Positions 1 to 9,701 of a stretch of DNA of 64,000 nt are shown piece after piece. The notes below the pieces were generated by a model. That model did no database searches. It was not told the DNA's origin and saw only the letters and a list, made by a program, of their open reading frames with translations. Every line of letters starts with the position of its first letter. The stretch's first letter is position 1. The stretch is taken from NCBI GenBank assembly GCA_964544545.1, contig CAZJCG010000019.1:3031-67030 (forward strand). Direction: 5' to 3'. Made by a program: the position numbers and the translations under genes. Source of the stretch: an uncultured Lentimicrobiaceae bacterium (GTDB lineage Bacteria; Bacteroidota; Bacteroidia; Bacteroidales; UBA4417).

Positions 1-363
1 ATTTTCCCTGTGCACTTCCAGCTTCACCTGGTAGCCCTTTTCGCGGGCAACCTGCATGCAACGGTCCATCAGGATACGGGAAAGTTTTTTTCCCTGCCAT
101 TCACCGGCAATACCGAAATGATGCAGGTAAGTCCGTCTTCCATCCTCAGTCATCCAGGCAGAGCCGATGATCTTTCCGGTAGCTGCAACCTCCAGCAGCA
201 ACAGGCTGCCACCCTTTTCCAGGGTATTCTGGATGACCTCCAGCGTATCACCCCGGTGCTTGCCTCCAAGTCCCAGACTTTCCCACAGTTCAGTAAGTGC
301 GGGATAATCGGCTGCGGTAAAGGAACGTACGTTTAAGGCAGAAGGGTCCGGGAAATGGTCCAT
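1..363 (-). CDS. GNAT family N-acetyltransferase, 3' end cut by the window edge
   Basis: Absent from the ORF track because it runs off the window. The reverse complement from the ATG at 363..361 reads MDHFPDPSALNVRSFTAADYPALTELWESLGLGG...LHHFGIAGEWQGKKLSRILMDRCMQVAREKGYQVKLEVHREN. The QGKKLS segment resembles the GNAT acetyl-CoA motif A. Confidence 0.7.
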   Translation of the reverse strand, partial: MDHFPDPSALNVRSFTAADYPALTELWESLGLGGKHRGDTLEVIQNTLEKGGSLLLLEVAATGKIIGSAWMTEDGRRTYLHHFGIAGEWQGKKLSRILMDRCMQVAREKGYQVKLEVHREN

Positions 364-409
364 GGTCTGAGGCAATCGTTTGGATGAGAAACGGTGAAAA
401 CAGCAGGAA

Positions 410-560
410 CTTATACTTCGGCTGAATTAGTTTGCGAATTTGTTGTTCGGAACTTGCTCAGTATAACTGAATCTAACCGGCTTTGCTTCGAACCGGCAGG
501 CTCCCTCCAAAGGAGTCCTTCGGACCTTTAGGGCAAACCTGTCAAGATTCAGTATAAGTC
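410..560. repeat. Structured ~150-bp repeat, copy 1 (MITE-like; second copy at 46016..46165)
   Basis: Shares TTATACTTCGGCTGAA, the core CTTGCTCAGTA-ACTGAATCTAA-GCTTTGCTT and GGGCAAACCTGT-AAGATTCA with 46016..46165. The ends are inverted (CTTATACT...AGTATAAG). It contains a GTCCTTCGGAC hairpin. The left arm is shorter than in copy 2. Confidence 0.6.
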
Positions 561-567
561 GCTTGTA

Positions 568-1530
568 CTACTCAAGCAGTCCGCGTCCCGACTTCATGAT
601 CTTCCCGTTTTCTTTCAGGTCGGAGATCAGCTTGTCGAGAATCCCGTTGATGAACACCTTGCTCTTGGGTGTGCTGAAATACTTGGATAGTTCTATATAC
701 TCGTTGAGGGAGACTTTTACAGGGATGAACGGGAAATCGACGAATTCCGTCAGCGCCATTTTGATCAGGATGGTATCCATCACAGCCAGCCGGTCTACTT
801 CCCAGTTCTCGGCATATTTGGCAATAAATCCCGTGAACTCTTCTTCGTGGATGATCGTCCTCCGGTAGAGCTGTTTCACGAAAGAAAGGTCTTCGCTGCC
901 GCCTGGATGGTTTTCGTCCTTCAGCAGTGTTGGCAGTAAAGTATACTGATCCCATCCTTCCTTATAGCTATGGATCGTTTTGACGATCATCATGAGGGAG
1001 GTATCGAAATCGTCGGACCAGAAAAGGCTTTTCTCTTCGTAATAGCTGCGAAGCAGGTCCGATTCGGCCAGAATGTTCACGAAAAGGCTTTCCACCAATT
1101 GTTTATCCTCAATATAGGAAACGGATTCCTTAGCCATATACGACTGGTAATCCGGATGCTCGCGAAGAAGATTATAACATTTACGAACCATCTCTTCCTC
1201 GTCAGCCCAATTGATCTTGTAATTGTTTGCTTTCTTGCGGAAGTCGAAGTTACCGGCAATCTGGTTAATGAAACGGTTTTCCACAAAGCGGGTGTTCGGA
1301 TGGAGATCGTCCTGCGTAGGCAGGAATTTCAACTTGTTTTCTTCCAGCCGCCGCTGGGCAAAATCCGCAAGTTCGACCAGAAAGGAGAACTGGTGGATGA
1401 ATAATTCGTAAAGTTTGTCGAGACTGCCTAGTAACTGTTTTTCTCCTGAATTGATGCTATCGGGGCCATCCAGCTGGAAAGCATATAACGCCTGCATCAC
1501 CTTAATCCGAAGGAATCTCCTGCTGAGCAT
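568..1530 (-). CDS. nusB: Transcription antitermination factor NusB (long Bacteroidota form)
   Basis: The ORF spans 568..1575; I prefer the internal ATG at 1530 (MLSRRFLRIKVMQALYAF...). The N-terminal and C-terminal (DRLAVMDTILIKMALTEF) segments look NusB-like. Confidence 0.75.
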   Translation of the reverse strand: MLSRRFLRIKVMQALYAFQLDGPDSINSGEKQLLGSLDKLYELFIHQFSFLVELADFAQRRLEENKLKFLPTQDDLHPNTRFVENRFINQIAGNFDFRKKANNYKINWADEEEMVRKCYNLLREHPDYQSYMAKESVSYIEDKQLVESLFVNILAESDLLRSYYEEKSLFWSDDFDTSLMMIVKTIHSYKEGWDQYTLLPTLLKDENHPGGSEDLSFVKQLYRRTIIHEEEFTGFIAKYAENWEVDRLAVMDTILIKMALTEFVDFPFIPVKVSLNEYIELSKYFSTPKSKVFINGILDKLISDLKENGKIMKSGRGLLE

Positions 1531-1864
1531 AGATGTAAATGAACAATTGAATTTTAGAGCGGCAAAGGTAATCAATTATACCGTTGTTGCTCTATTTTTC
1601 GTAACTATCCGTACGGCATGCAACCGGCCACAGTATCTGCGACAGGATTCCATCGCTGTTTTGTTTCTCAAAACTATTCCGTTGCTATCCCATTTTACGA
1701 TGTTATCAAAGACACTTGTAAAAGCGTAAATGTATCAGCGACAGTAAGGCCCGCTTACCTGTCGTGATACAGCATATATACTGACAGCAGTGAAAAGTAT
1801 GTAAGCTGAAAAGGAAACCTGAAATAGTTGCCGCTTTACCGGAACGATAAATCAAAAACAATCT

Positions 1865-1893
1865 TTGAGAATAAAATAATCTTTCTAACTTTG
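1865..1893 (+). promoter_or_regulatory. Bacteroidota-type promoter candidate (TTG-N18-TAACTTTG)
   Basis: TAACTTTG at 1886..1893 matches the TAnnTTTG -7 consensus. TTG lies at 1865..1867. The site is 43 nt upstream of the ATG at 1936. Confidence 0.4.
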
Positions 1894-1935
1894 CGTTGAT
1901 AAGTACCTAATGATACTATAAAATTATTACGTAAA

Positions 1936-2274
1936 ATGGAAGACTTCGAACAAATGGAGAACCGGGAGGATGTATTCTCGAGGGCTGTGAAGGCAGGTAA
2001 ACGAACCTATTTTTTTGATGTAAAACAAACCAGGGCCGATCAGTACTACCTTACCATCACCGAGAGCAAAAGGCGGTTTGACAATGCCCAGGGGAAATTC
2101 TTCTATGAGAAGCACAAGCTTTTCTTATATAGGGAAGATTTCGAAAAGTTCAGGAATGGGCTCAGCGATGTTATTTCATTTATCGAGACAGGTGTTATTC
2201 CTCCCGAGCGCGAATACCCCGAAACCAGGAGTGCGCATGTGGATGTTGACTTCGATGACCTTGATAAATCCTGA
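1936..2274 (+). CDS. PUR-alpha/beta-like DNA/RNA-binding protein (DUF3276 family)
   Basis: 112 aa. KAGKRTYFFDVKQTRADQYYLTITESKRRF is the hallmark of Bacteroidota DUF3276/PUR proteins. Confidence 0.75.
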   Translation: MEDFEQMENREDVFSRAVKAGKRTYFFDVKQTRADQYYLTITESKRRFDNAQGKFFYEKHKLFLYREDFEKFRNGLSDVISFIETGVIPPEREYPETRSAHVDVDFDDLDKS

Positions 2275-2492
2275 TCCTCACGCTTGTTTCAACTTTTTAC
2301 CTGATCACTGCCAACCGGCAGCATCTTGATTGTACCATTTCATTACCAAACGCGAAAACTTATTAACACGGGCTGATTATGCTCCCGTCTTTATCGTATT
2401 TTTGCAACCCCGTCGCGGAAGCTGCCGTTTACAGGCTCTTCCCTTCCTGATTGCAGAACAGCGGGAATTATCAGCAACGTAAACAACTACGA

Positions 2493-3299
2493 ATGGGCAA
2501 AGTAATCACTATAGCTAACCAGAAAGGCGGCGTAGGTAAAACTACCACCGCGATAAACCTGGGTGCAGCTTTTGCAGTACTGGAACGTAAAACTCTTATC
2601 ATCGACGCTGACCCGCAGGCCAATGCTACCTCCGGTGTAGGGTTTGACCCGAAAACCATCAAAACCAGCATTTACGAATGCATTGTGGATGACGTCGATC
2701 CCAGAAATATCGTCCTGAATACCGAAACTCCAAACCTGGACCTGCTCCCTGCCCATATCGATCTGGTAGGCGCTGAGATCGAAATGATCAACATGCCCAA
2801 CCGCGAGAGGATGATGAAAACGGTACTGGAGAAGTTACGCGACGATTACGAGTTCATCATCATCGACTGCTCTCCTTCCCTGGGTCTTGTTACCGTTAAT
2901 GCACTTGTTGCTGCCGACTCCGTCATCATCCCGGTACAATGCGAATACTTTGCCCTCGAAGGGCTTGGCAAACTGCTCAACACGATCAAGATCGTCCAGT
3001 CGAGGCTGAATCCCGACCTGGACTTCGAAGGAATTCTCCTCACCATGTTCGATTCACGTTTGCGGCTTTCCAACCAGGTGGTGGACGAGGTCAAGACTCA
3101 TTTCCAGGATATGGTCTTCGAAACGATCATCTCGCGGAATACCCGTCTGGGTGAAGCTCCCAGCTTTGGGCAGACCATCCTGATGCACGATGCAGCCAGC
3201 AGCGGAGCCATCAATTACCTGAACCTGGCACGTGAAATCCTGCAGAAAAACAATCTGACTGTCCTGAAGCAGGAGGATAAAGAAATAAAGGTGGATTGA
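2493..3299 (+). CDS. parA: Chromosome partitioning ATPase ParA/Soj
   Basis: Deviant Walker [12 protein letters not shown]. The ORF opens with TTG at 2451; the ATG at 2493 gives the canonical [14 protein letters not shown]-terminus. parB follows 1 nt downstream. Confidence 0.9.
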   Translation: MGKVITIANQKGGVGKTTTAINLGAAFAVLERKTLIIDADPQANATSGVGFDPKTIKTSIYECIVDDVDPRNIVLNTETPNLDLLPAHIDLVGAEIEMINMPNRERMMKTVLEKLRDDYEFIIIDCSPSLGLVTVNALVAADSVIIPVQCEYFALEGLGKLLNTIKIVQSRLNPDLDFEGILLTMFDSRLRLSNQVVDEVKTHFQDMVFETIISRNTRLGEAPSFGQTILMHDAASSGAINYLNLAREILQKNNLTVLKQEDKEIKVD

Positions 3300-3300
3300 C

Positions 3301-4194
3301 ATGACAAATCTGAAGAAACGAGCGCTTGGAAGAGGACTCAACGCGATCCTCGAGAGTCCGGAAACTGATATCACTTCCCGGGATATTTCCGGCTCATTCG
3401 TAGCCGGCGCCATTGCCAATATTCCCCTGGAACAAATCGAAAACAATCCTTTCCAACCCAGGGAGGAATTCGATGAGGCTGCTTTGCAGGAACTGGCTGA
3501 GTCCATCCGCGAACAAGGCATTATCCAACCGCTTACAGTCCGGAAGATGGGGTATGACAAATACCAGCTCATTTCCGGCGAACGCAGGCTGCGTGCCTCC
3601 CGCCTGGCCGGGCTTACCGATATCCCGGCGTACATTCGCGTTGCCAACGACGAACAGATGCTGGAATGGGCACTTATCGAAAACATCCAGCGCGAAAATC
3701 TCAATGCACTTGAAATTGCCATCAGCTATAGCCGGCTGATGGAAGAATGTGACCTGACCCAGGAAGAACTCAGCAAACGGGTTGGCAAGAACAGGGCTAC
3801 CATCTCGAATTATATCCGCCTGCTTAAACTTCCTGCCGAAATACAGGCAGCCTTGCGCGACGAAGCCTTGTCGATGGGCCATGCACGCACCCTGGTCAAT
3901 ATCGAAATGCCTGAAAAGCAACTGGCTATCGCCCGGAAAATAATCAACAACGGGCTCTCGGTAAGAGAGGCGGAAAAACTGGTCAAGCAACTCGACAAAG
4001 CCCCTCTGCCAAGCCTGAAATCAGGCAAACCGGCATTGCCGCCGAAATATGCCTCCAGCCGCGAATCCCTGAGGACCAAACTCAATGTCGACGTTGAACT
4101 GAAAAGAACAACGAAAGGAAAAGGGTCGCTGATCATCCCATTCAGGTCTGATTCGGAACTGGATACGATCTTGTCAGCCATAGGTATTAATTAA
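3301..4194 (+). CDS. parB: Chromosome partitioning protein ParB/Spo0J
   Basis: 297 aa with the ParB box ISGERRLRASRLAG and an HTH segment (TQEELSKRVGKNRATISNYIRLLKLP). Confidence 0.9.
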   Translation: MTNLKKRALGRGLNAILESPETDITSRDISGSFVAGAIANIPLEQIENNPFQPREEFDEAALQELAESIREQGIIQPLTVRKMGYDKYQLISGERRLRASRLAGLTDIPAYIRVANDEQMLEWALIENIQRENLNALEIAISYSRLMEECDLTQEELSKRVGKNRATISNYIRLLKLPAEIQAALRDEALSMGHARTLVNIEMPEKQLAIARKIINNGLSVREAEKLVKQLDKAPLPSLKSGKPALPPKYASSRESLRTKLNVDVELKRTTKGKGSLIIPFRSDSELDTILSAIGIN

Positions 4195-4830
4195 ATGGTC
4201 CCTAACGAATTGCCTGGCACCACTCCCCCGATGAAGGTCCATCACCCCGGAAAGATCATTGTCCGGCTGACAGTCATCATGCTCGGGCTTATCCTCCTTC
4301 TCTCCGGCCCGGTTAATTCCTTTGCCCAGGATACGCTTCCCTCACGCATCGTTGCCGATACACTGAAGAAAAAGGAGCATTCGCCCAAGAAAGCAAGTTT
4401 ATATGCCGCAGTGCTCCCGGGACTCGGACAAGCTTACAATCACAAGTACTGGAAGGTTCCCATTGTATACGCAGGCTTTGGGACCACTATCTATTTTATT
4501 AAGTTCAACACGAAGTACTATAAGGATTTCCGGGATGCGTATGCCTATGTTACTTCTTCCAGCACCGATCCTGCGCCCAACAACCTCGTGAACCGTTACA
4601 ACGCCGACCAGTTGCTGTCGGGCAGACAATATTACCGCCGAAACCTGGAATTATCCTATATTGCTACCGCAGCATGGTATATTCTCACTATCGTGGATGC
4701 ATCAGTGGATGCTCATTTCTTTGATTACAACATCAATGATGACCTGTCGCTCCAGGTAACGCCCTGGTTGTCGCCTCCGGTTGCATCCGGCAAACCTAAC
4801 GGAGGTATAAGTCTATCAATGCGGTTCTGA
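4195..4830 (+). CDS. DUF5683 family membrane/secreted protein
   Basis: Its ATG directly abuts the parB stop. [22 protein letters not shown] is typical of the DUF5683 proteins found after parB in Bacteroidota. The start could instead be M13 (4231), just before the signal-peptide-like segment. Confidence 0.65.
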   Translation: MVPNELPGTTPPMKVHHPGKIIVRLTVIMLGLILLLSGPVNSFAQDTLPSRIVADTLKKKEHSPKKASLYAAVLPGLGQAYNHKYWKVPIVYAGFGTTIYFIKFNTKYYKDFRDAYAYVTSSSTDPAPNNLVNRYNADQLLSGRQYYRRNLELSYIATAAWYILTIVDASVDAHFFDYNINDDLSLQVTPWLSPPVASGKPNGGISLSMRF

Positions 4831-4861
4831 CCGCTAATACCCACTCCTAATAGTAATTCGG

Positions 4862-5578
4862 ATGAAACTGGCAATCATAGGTTACGGTAAAATGGGCAGG
4901 GAGATCGAACGGGTCGCCCTCGAAAGGAACCACACCATACTGGTCAGGATCGATAATCCGAAGGATTGGGAAACCGGCAGCAGCGAACTTGGAAATTGTG
5001 ATGCAGCCTTAGAGTTCAGCACTCCCGGCACCGTTGTTGAAAACCTCCGCCGTTGTTTCGTGGCCGGAGTTCCCGTGGTTACTGGCACTACCGGCTGGAA
5101 TGACAAATTGGAAGAACTCAAAGCCGAGTGCCTCAATCATAACGGAACGCTTTTCCATGCTTCCAATTTCAGCATCGGGGTCAACCTCTTCTTCGACATA
5201 AACCGGCGACTGGCCCGGCTGATGGAACCGCTGCAGGAATATGACGTCCGGATCGAAGAGATCCACCATGTGCAAAAGTTGGACGCACCCAGCGGTACTG
5301 CCATTACTCTGGCCAACGATATCCTTGACGTGAACAAACGGAAATCATCCTGGATACTGGGAACTGCTTCAGGAGAAGATCAAATGTCCATCACATCAGT
5401 GCGGGAAGGGACCGTTCCCGGAACCCACCGGGTGGAATGGGATTCCGATACCGATACGATCACCCTGAAACATGAGGCAAAAAGCCGCAGGGGCTTTGCG
5501 GTGGGAGCCGTTGCCGCCGCCGAGTTCATTGCCGGAAAGAAAGGAATATACGGAATGAGAGACCTGCTGAACCTATAG
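4862..5578 (+). CDS. dapB: 4-hydroxy-tetrahydrodipicolinate reductase
   Basis: 238 aa. N-terminal Rossmann segment MKLAIIGYGKMG and EIHHVQKLDAPSGTA in the catalytic region. Confidence 0.85.
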   Translation: MKLAIIGYGKMGREIERVALERNHTILVRIDNPKDWETGSSELGNCDAALEFSTPGTVVENLRRCFVAGVPVVTGTTGWNDKLEELKAECLNHNGTLFHASNFSIGVNLFFDINRRLARLMEPLQEYDVRIEEIHHVQKLDAPSGTAITLANDILDVNKRKSSWILGTASGEDQMSITSVREGTVPGTHRVEWDSDTDTITLKHEAKSRRGFAVGAVAAAEFIAGKKGIYGMRDLLNL

Positions 5579-5712
5579 CCTGGCTTATTTCCTGCTTTAC
5601 AACGATTTCCAGTTAACACAAATTAACGAATGCACCTGATCATAATTAACCAGATTACAGGATATTTGCAACCTTAAATCAGAAGATCCGTTCAATTTAA
5701 ATCCCAACCGGT

Positions 5713-7221
5713 ATGGACTTAATGACAATCCTGATCATCCTTATCCTCATTTTTCCTGCTCTCCTTTTCTGGGTCTTCCGTGATGCCGGGAAGCCTGCCT
5801 GGCAGGCATTGGTTCCGGTCTGGAATTACTGGGTCTGGATCGAGGTTATCGGCAAGAAATGGTGGTGGTTCGCATTGATGCTGGTCCCTTATATCAATGT
5901 ATTCATGATCATGCTGATGATCGTGGAAACGGTGAAGTGTTACAGGAAGTACTCACTGGGCCAGCAGGCACTGGCAGTAATCTTCCCATACGCATACCTG
6001 CCGTGGATCGGCATTACCCCGTCAGAAAAATATACAGAACCGTCACAATTGCCCAAAATCAAGAAGAGCGTCACAAGGGAATGGATCGACGCCATCATCT
6101 TCGCAGTTGTAGCGGCCTCCATTATCAGGATATTCATGGTAGAAGCTTATGTGATCCCTACTTCATCCATGGAAAAGTCGCTGTTAATTGGCGATTACCT
6201 GTTTGTCAGCAAGCTGAGCTACGGTCCGAAGATTCCGAATACTCCCATTGCCTTTCCTTTTGTCCACCACACCCTGCCTCTGACCAAGTCTACAAAATCG
6301 TATCTTGAATGGGTAAAATGGCCCTATTACCGGTTCCCTGGCTTCACACACATCAAACACAACGATGTGGTGGTATTCAACTATCCGGATGGCGATACAG
6401 TAGCCCTGAAAATCCAGAACCAGAGCTATTATGCGCTGGTGCGCGACTTTGGCAGGGAAAGGGTCTGGAACGATAAATATAACTTCGGTGAGATCGTTGC
6501 CCGTCCGGTCGATAAAAGGGAAAATTACATCAAACGTTGTATTGCCCTTCCGGGTGACACCCTTGAAATCCGCGACCAGGTTGTCTATATCAACGGAAAG
6601 GTAAGCCAGCTCCCGGAGAACGCCCAGTTTAAGTATAAGGTCACGACCGACGGCAGCTTTATCAACCGGAAGATCCTGGATAAACTGCATATTACGGAGG
6701 AAGTAGAGACAGCCGACGACGGCAGCATGCTGCTCACACTCACAGCGGAATCCGCAGCCAAAATCAAACAACTCGGCAACGTTACCTCCATCGAAAAGAC
6801 CTTATTACCCAAAGGCTACTGGCAGCCATACACTTTCCCCTTTGACTCCAATTACGTCTGGAATGTAGATAACTACGGTCCGTTGTTCATCCCAAAAGCC
6901 GGTACCACCGTGCCGCTGAACCTGAAGACACTGCCGCTTTACCAGCGTATCATCGAAGCATATGAGCTTAACAAACTGGAGGTAAAAGGCGACAAGATCT
7001 TTATCAATGGCAAAGAATCCAACAGCTATACCTTCAAAATGGACTATTACTGGATGATGGGCGACAACCGGCATAATTCAGCCGACAGCCGCTACTGGGG
7101 CTTTGTCCCGGTTGACCATATCGTTGGCAAGGCGGTGTTCGTATGGCTCTCGCTGGAGAAGAACAAGTCGCTCTTTAACGGAAAGATCCGCTGGAACAAA
7201 CTACTGCGGACTGTACATTAA
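5713..7221 (+). CDS. lepB: Signal peptidase I with N-terminal membrane extension
   Basis: 502 aa. Catalytic Ser box IPTSSMEKSL and box E GDNRHNSADSRYWGFVP. The ~110-aa hydrophobic N-terminal extension is common in Bacteroidota LepB. Confidence 0.85.
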   Translation: MDLMTILIILILIFPALLFWVFRDAGKPAWQALVPVWNYWVWIEVIGKKWWWFALMLVPYINVFMIMLMIVETVKCYRKYSLGQQALAVIFPYAYLPWIGITPSEKYTEPSQLPKIKKSVTREWIDAIIFAVVAASIIRIFMVEAYVIPTSSMEKSLLIGDYLFVSKLSYGPKIPNTPIAFPFVHHTLPLTKSTKSYLEWVKWPYYRFPGFTHIKHNDVVVFNYPDGDTVALKIQNQSYYALVRDFGRERVWNDKYNFGEIVARPVDKRENYIKRCIALPGDTLEIRDQVVYINGKVSQLPENAQFKYKVTTDGSFINRKILDKLHITEEVETADDGSMLLTLTAESAAKIKQLGNVTSIEKTLLPKGYWQPYTFPFDSNYVWNVDNYGPLFIPKAGTTVPLNLKTLPLYQRIIEAYELNKLEVKGDKIFINGKESNSYTFKMDYYWMMGDNRHNSADSRYWGFVPVDHIVGKAVFVWLSLEKNKSLFNGKIRWNKLLRTVH

Positions 7222-7307
7222 AATTATTATCCGGAAAAAGATTGGTATAATTTGTGCTAAAAAGCCGCGTTAATTTAGAAAACTAAAATCCTTAAACATC
7301 CCTCTCA

Positions 7308-7973
7308 ATGTCAAGATCAATTTTTATTACCCTCCTGCTTGTTGTCACTTCAGTGTTTGCAGCAACAGCACAATCAAAGAGTTTCACCGGGACCATTACT
7401 TACAAAATAACCTATCCTGCCAGCGCCAGCAGCCCGCTTATTGCTGCCCTGCCCACCAGCATCAACATGCAGGTAAGCGGGAATAAAGCCAAGTTTGAGA
7501 TCACGCTGCCCAACGGCAAGCAGACCATCATTGCCAACGGAGATGAAATTTCCGTGACCCGTCTGATTGAAAATGCAGAAGGCAAGTTTTTTATCAAAAA
7601 GACAAAGGAAGAATTCAAGAAGGAAGCAACAGCTGTTGTGACTCCTCTGAAGGAAACCAAGACCGTTGCCGGCCAGAAATGCAAAGGCGCCGAACTCACC
7701 GTTACCGATAAGGGCGGCCGCACCCAGAAATCAAAAGTTTTCTACAGCGACGAGCTGGGCGTAAACAACATCTACTTCAATACCGTTGCCAAGAGCATCA
7801 AAGGGATCATGCTTGATTTCGACTATGCAGCACTGGGGACTGCCATGCATCTGACGGCTACACAGATCACTCCCGGCCGCATTTCGAACAAGACCTTTGA
7901 AATCCCCTCCGGATACAAGGAGATCACTGAAGCCCAGTTGCAGCAGATGCGCCAGGCCAGGAAGAACAAATAA
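7308..7973 (+). CDS. Secreted hypothetical protein (possibly DUF4412-like)
   Basis: 221 aa with a signal peptide (LLLVVTSVFAATAQS). No catalytic motif recognised. A terminator hairpin follows. Confidence 0.6.
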   Translation: MSRSIFITLLLVVTSVFAATAQSKSFTGTITYKITYPASASSPLIAALPTSINMQVSGNKAKFEITLPNGKQTIIANGDEISVTRLIENAEGKFFIKKTKEEFKKEATAVVTPLKETKTVAGQKCKGAELTVTDKGGRTQKSKVFYSDELGVNNIYFNTVAKSIKGIMLDFDYAALGTAMHLTATQITPGRISNKTFEIPSGYKEITEAQLQQMRQARKNK

Positions 7974-7995
7974 TACGCGATATAATATCGAAAAA

Positions 7996-8026
7996 AGTTG
8001 CCTCCCGATGGAGGCAGCTTTTTTTA
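7996..8026 (+). terminator. Rho-independent terminator candidate
   Basis: GTTGCCTCC-CGAT-GGAGGCAGC hairpin followed by a T7 run, 23 nt after the stop at 7973. Confidence 0.6.
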
Positions 8027-8110
8027 TGATCAATCAGCTATGTTGAGAAATCGGATCGGACCTCTTGAGTGTCTATGGAATCGGGAAGTAGTCGGATCCG
8101 GTGACAATTA

Positions 8111-8548
8111 TCAGCTCAGACTAAAGTCCCTTTCATAAAACACCTCAATCTTCACACTCCTGCGCGGAAACTCATCCGGGTTCAGGGTGATTATGCGTGC
8201 CTTCACCCATGTTCCACTGTCCATCAGCCGGGCAATAGTTGTGCTATCGCTTTGCGGTATGTATCCCAGTTTGGCATCGCCTGCATATACTTCCACGGCC
8301 AGCGGATCCCAGCGGTTGCTCGGTTCCCTGTTCAGCCTCAGCATCAATCCATCCTCCAAAAGGTCGGCAATATCGGGACCGTCATAATACTGGAAAGCAG
8401 CTATATACAGTTCTGCCAGTGTCACTTTTTGTCTTTCCTGCCTTTCAGCGGTAAAACTTTTATTGATCAGGAGCATCTCACTGCCACCCAGTATCACCTT
8501 TTCGAAAAAATCCATTCGGTTCATAGCTTTCAGTTTTAGAAAACTCAA
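8111..8548 (-). CDS. Stand-alone HIRAN domain protein
   Basis: 145 aa. The HIRAN-like core is AAFQYYDGPDIADLLEDGLMLRLNREPSNRWDPLAVEVYAGDAKLGYIPQSDSTTIARLMDSG. It lies 32 nt downstream of the WYL regulator on the same strand. Confidence 0.65.
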   Translation of the reverse strand: MSFLKLKAMNRMDFFEKVILGGSEMLLINKSFTAERQERQKVTLAELYIAAFQYYDGPDIADLLEDGLMLRLNREPSNRWDPLAVEVYAGDAKLGYIPQSDSTTIARLMDSGTWVKARIITLNPDEFPRRSVKIEVFYERDFSLS

Positions 8549-8580
8549 AATTATGTCCCGTAGGTGACAACGTTTGTCAG

Positions 8581-9486
8581 TCAGAATTTTGCTGCAAGAT
8601 TTTTTATACGTACTCTTAAATATTCTTTAAATGATTCTGGTTCAATTACATCCACTTCTTCGCCCAGACCCATGACGAATCGTCCCACCCCTTCAAAACC
8701 GCAAGCAGGTGCATCGAACTGCCACAAGTTGTCAGTCAGCTGGGTTAAATACTGTTCTGCCAGAGGGTACTCCTCCGTTAAAAGGTTATAGGCCCGCAGG
8801 CTGAGGTGTAGCACAACCCGCATCTGTTCGTTTGAACTGATCCGGAATACATCCATTGGCATTTTCTCATGCTGATCCTCGTACATAAAATCTTTTTCCA
8901 GCACATCCACCGTTCCGATCCGCGAGGTCTTGAAAAGTTTGCATATCCGGCTTTCCGGTTCAAATGCCCACACAAACTGGTAGTTGGTCGTAAAGCCGAA
9001 GGGTTCCACCAGTCGGTCACGGACCAGCCGCCCGTGTGACGACCGGTACTGCCTCAGCAATACCTGCTTCTTTCCCTGGATTGCCTTTATCAGGAGATGA
9101 ACAGTGCTGATATTCTCCTTCTTAACCACGGTTTCGGCTACCCTGTCGAAGTTATACAGGGAATACAGTTTATTGATCAGGTTGGATTTCAGCAGATTGT
9201 CATCATCGATAGAATGGATGGCCTTGGTCAGGATATAGGCTTCCTCCTCAGAAAAATGAAGCAGCTCCTTCAATTCTTTGAACGGTTCTTCCAGCTTCGG
9301 GATCTTATACATCCCGTCATTTACCTCCACAATAAAACCACAATTCCTGATGGTGGCAAGGTAACGGTGAACAGTCCGCGCAGAGAGATCAAGCTTTTCA
9401 CACAGTTCGTTGAGCGTATACGACCGGCTGCCGGCGAGGGTCAGGATGATATTCAACAATCGGTCTAATTTTGCATGCTCATCCAT
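8581..9486 (-). CDS. HTH-WYL-WCX type transcriptional regulator
   Basis: 301 aa. N-terminal winged HTH (YTLNELCEKLDLSARTVHRYLATIRNCGF). WYL-like segment RLVEPFGFTTNYQFVWAFEPESRICKLFKTSRIGTV. C-terminal extension domain. Confidence 0.7.
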   Translation of the reverse strand: MDEHAKLDRLLNIILTLAGSRSYTLNELCEKLDLSARTVHRYLATIRNCGFIVEVNDGMYKIPKLEEPFKELKELLHFSEEEAYILTKAIHSIDDDNLLKSNLINKLYSLYNFDRVAETVVKKENISTVHLLIKAIQGKKQVLLRQYRSSHGRLVRDRLVEPFGFTTNYQFVWAFEPESRICKLFKTSRIGTVDVLEKDFMYEDQHEKMPMDVFRISSNEQMRVVLHLSLRAYNLLTEEYPLAEQYLTQLTDNLWQFDAPACGFEGVGRFVMGLGEEVDVIEPESFKEYLRVRIKNLAAKF

Positions 9487-9614
9487 AAATCCGGTAATTT
9501 CAGTATATGACCATTAAAAGATTTATCAAATTTATAAAATCTGCCATTCATGCCGACCGGGAAACTCTTGCAATCTTTGGCAGTTGACAATTATCACAGG
9601 TACTATGATTTTCA

Positions 9615-9622
9615 TAATTTTG
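9615..9622 (+). promoter_or_regulatory. -7 box candidate TAATTTTG upstream of ftsK
   Basis: Exact TAnnTTTG match. It sits 2 nt before the first ORF ATG (9624), which argues for a downstream start codon. Confidence 0.3.
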
Positions 9623-9701
9623 TATGCCGAACGGCGTTATGCACCTATTAGTAGATCTTATCCAGGCTGCCCAAGTTAATCAGGAAGTGATATCAAGCAT
9701 T

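Noticed and set aside
10-336. 108-aa plus-strand ORF at the window start
   Set aside because: The opposite strand encodes a GNAT acetyltransferase with a clear N-terminus and an acetyl-CoA motif. The plus-strand product has no recognisable features.
872-887. parS-like sequence TGTTTCACGAAAGAAA (another partial match lies near 23609..23624)
   Set aside because: Only the left half-site matches TGTTTCACGTGAAACA. Both candidates lie inside coding regions. I found no full palindromic parS near parAB in this window.
3054-3990. 222-aa and 198-aa minus-strand ORFs across parA and parB
   Set aside because: They are antisense to two textbook genes. They have no start context, and their compositions are typical of mirror frames.
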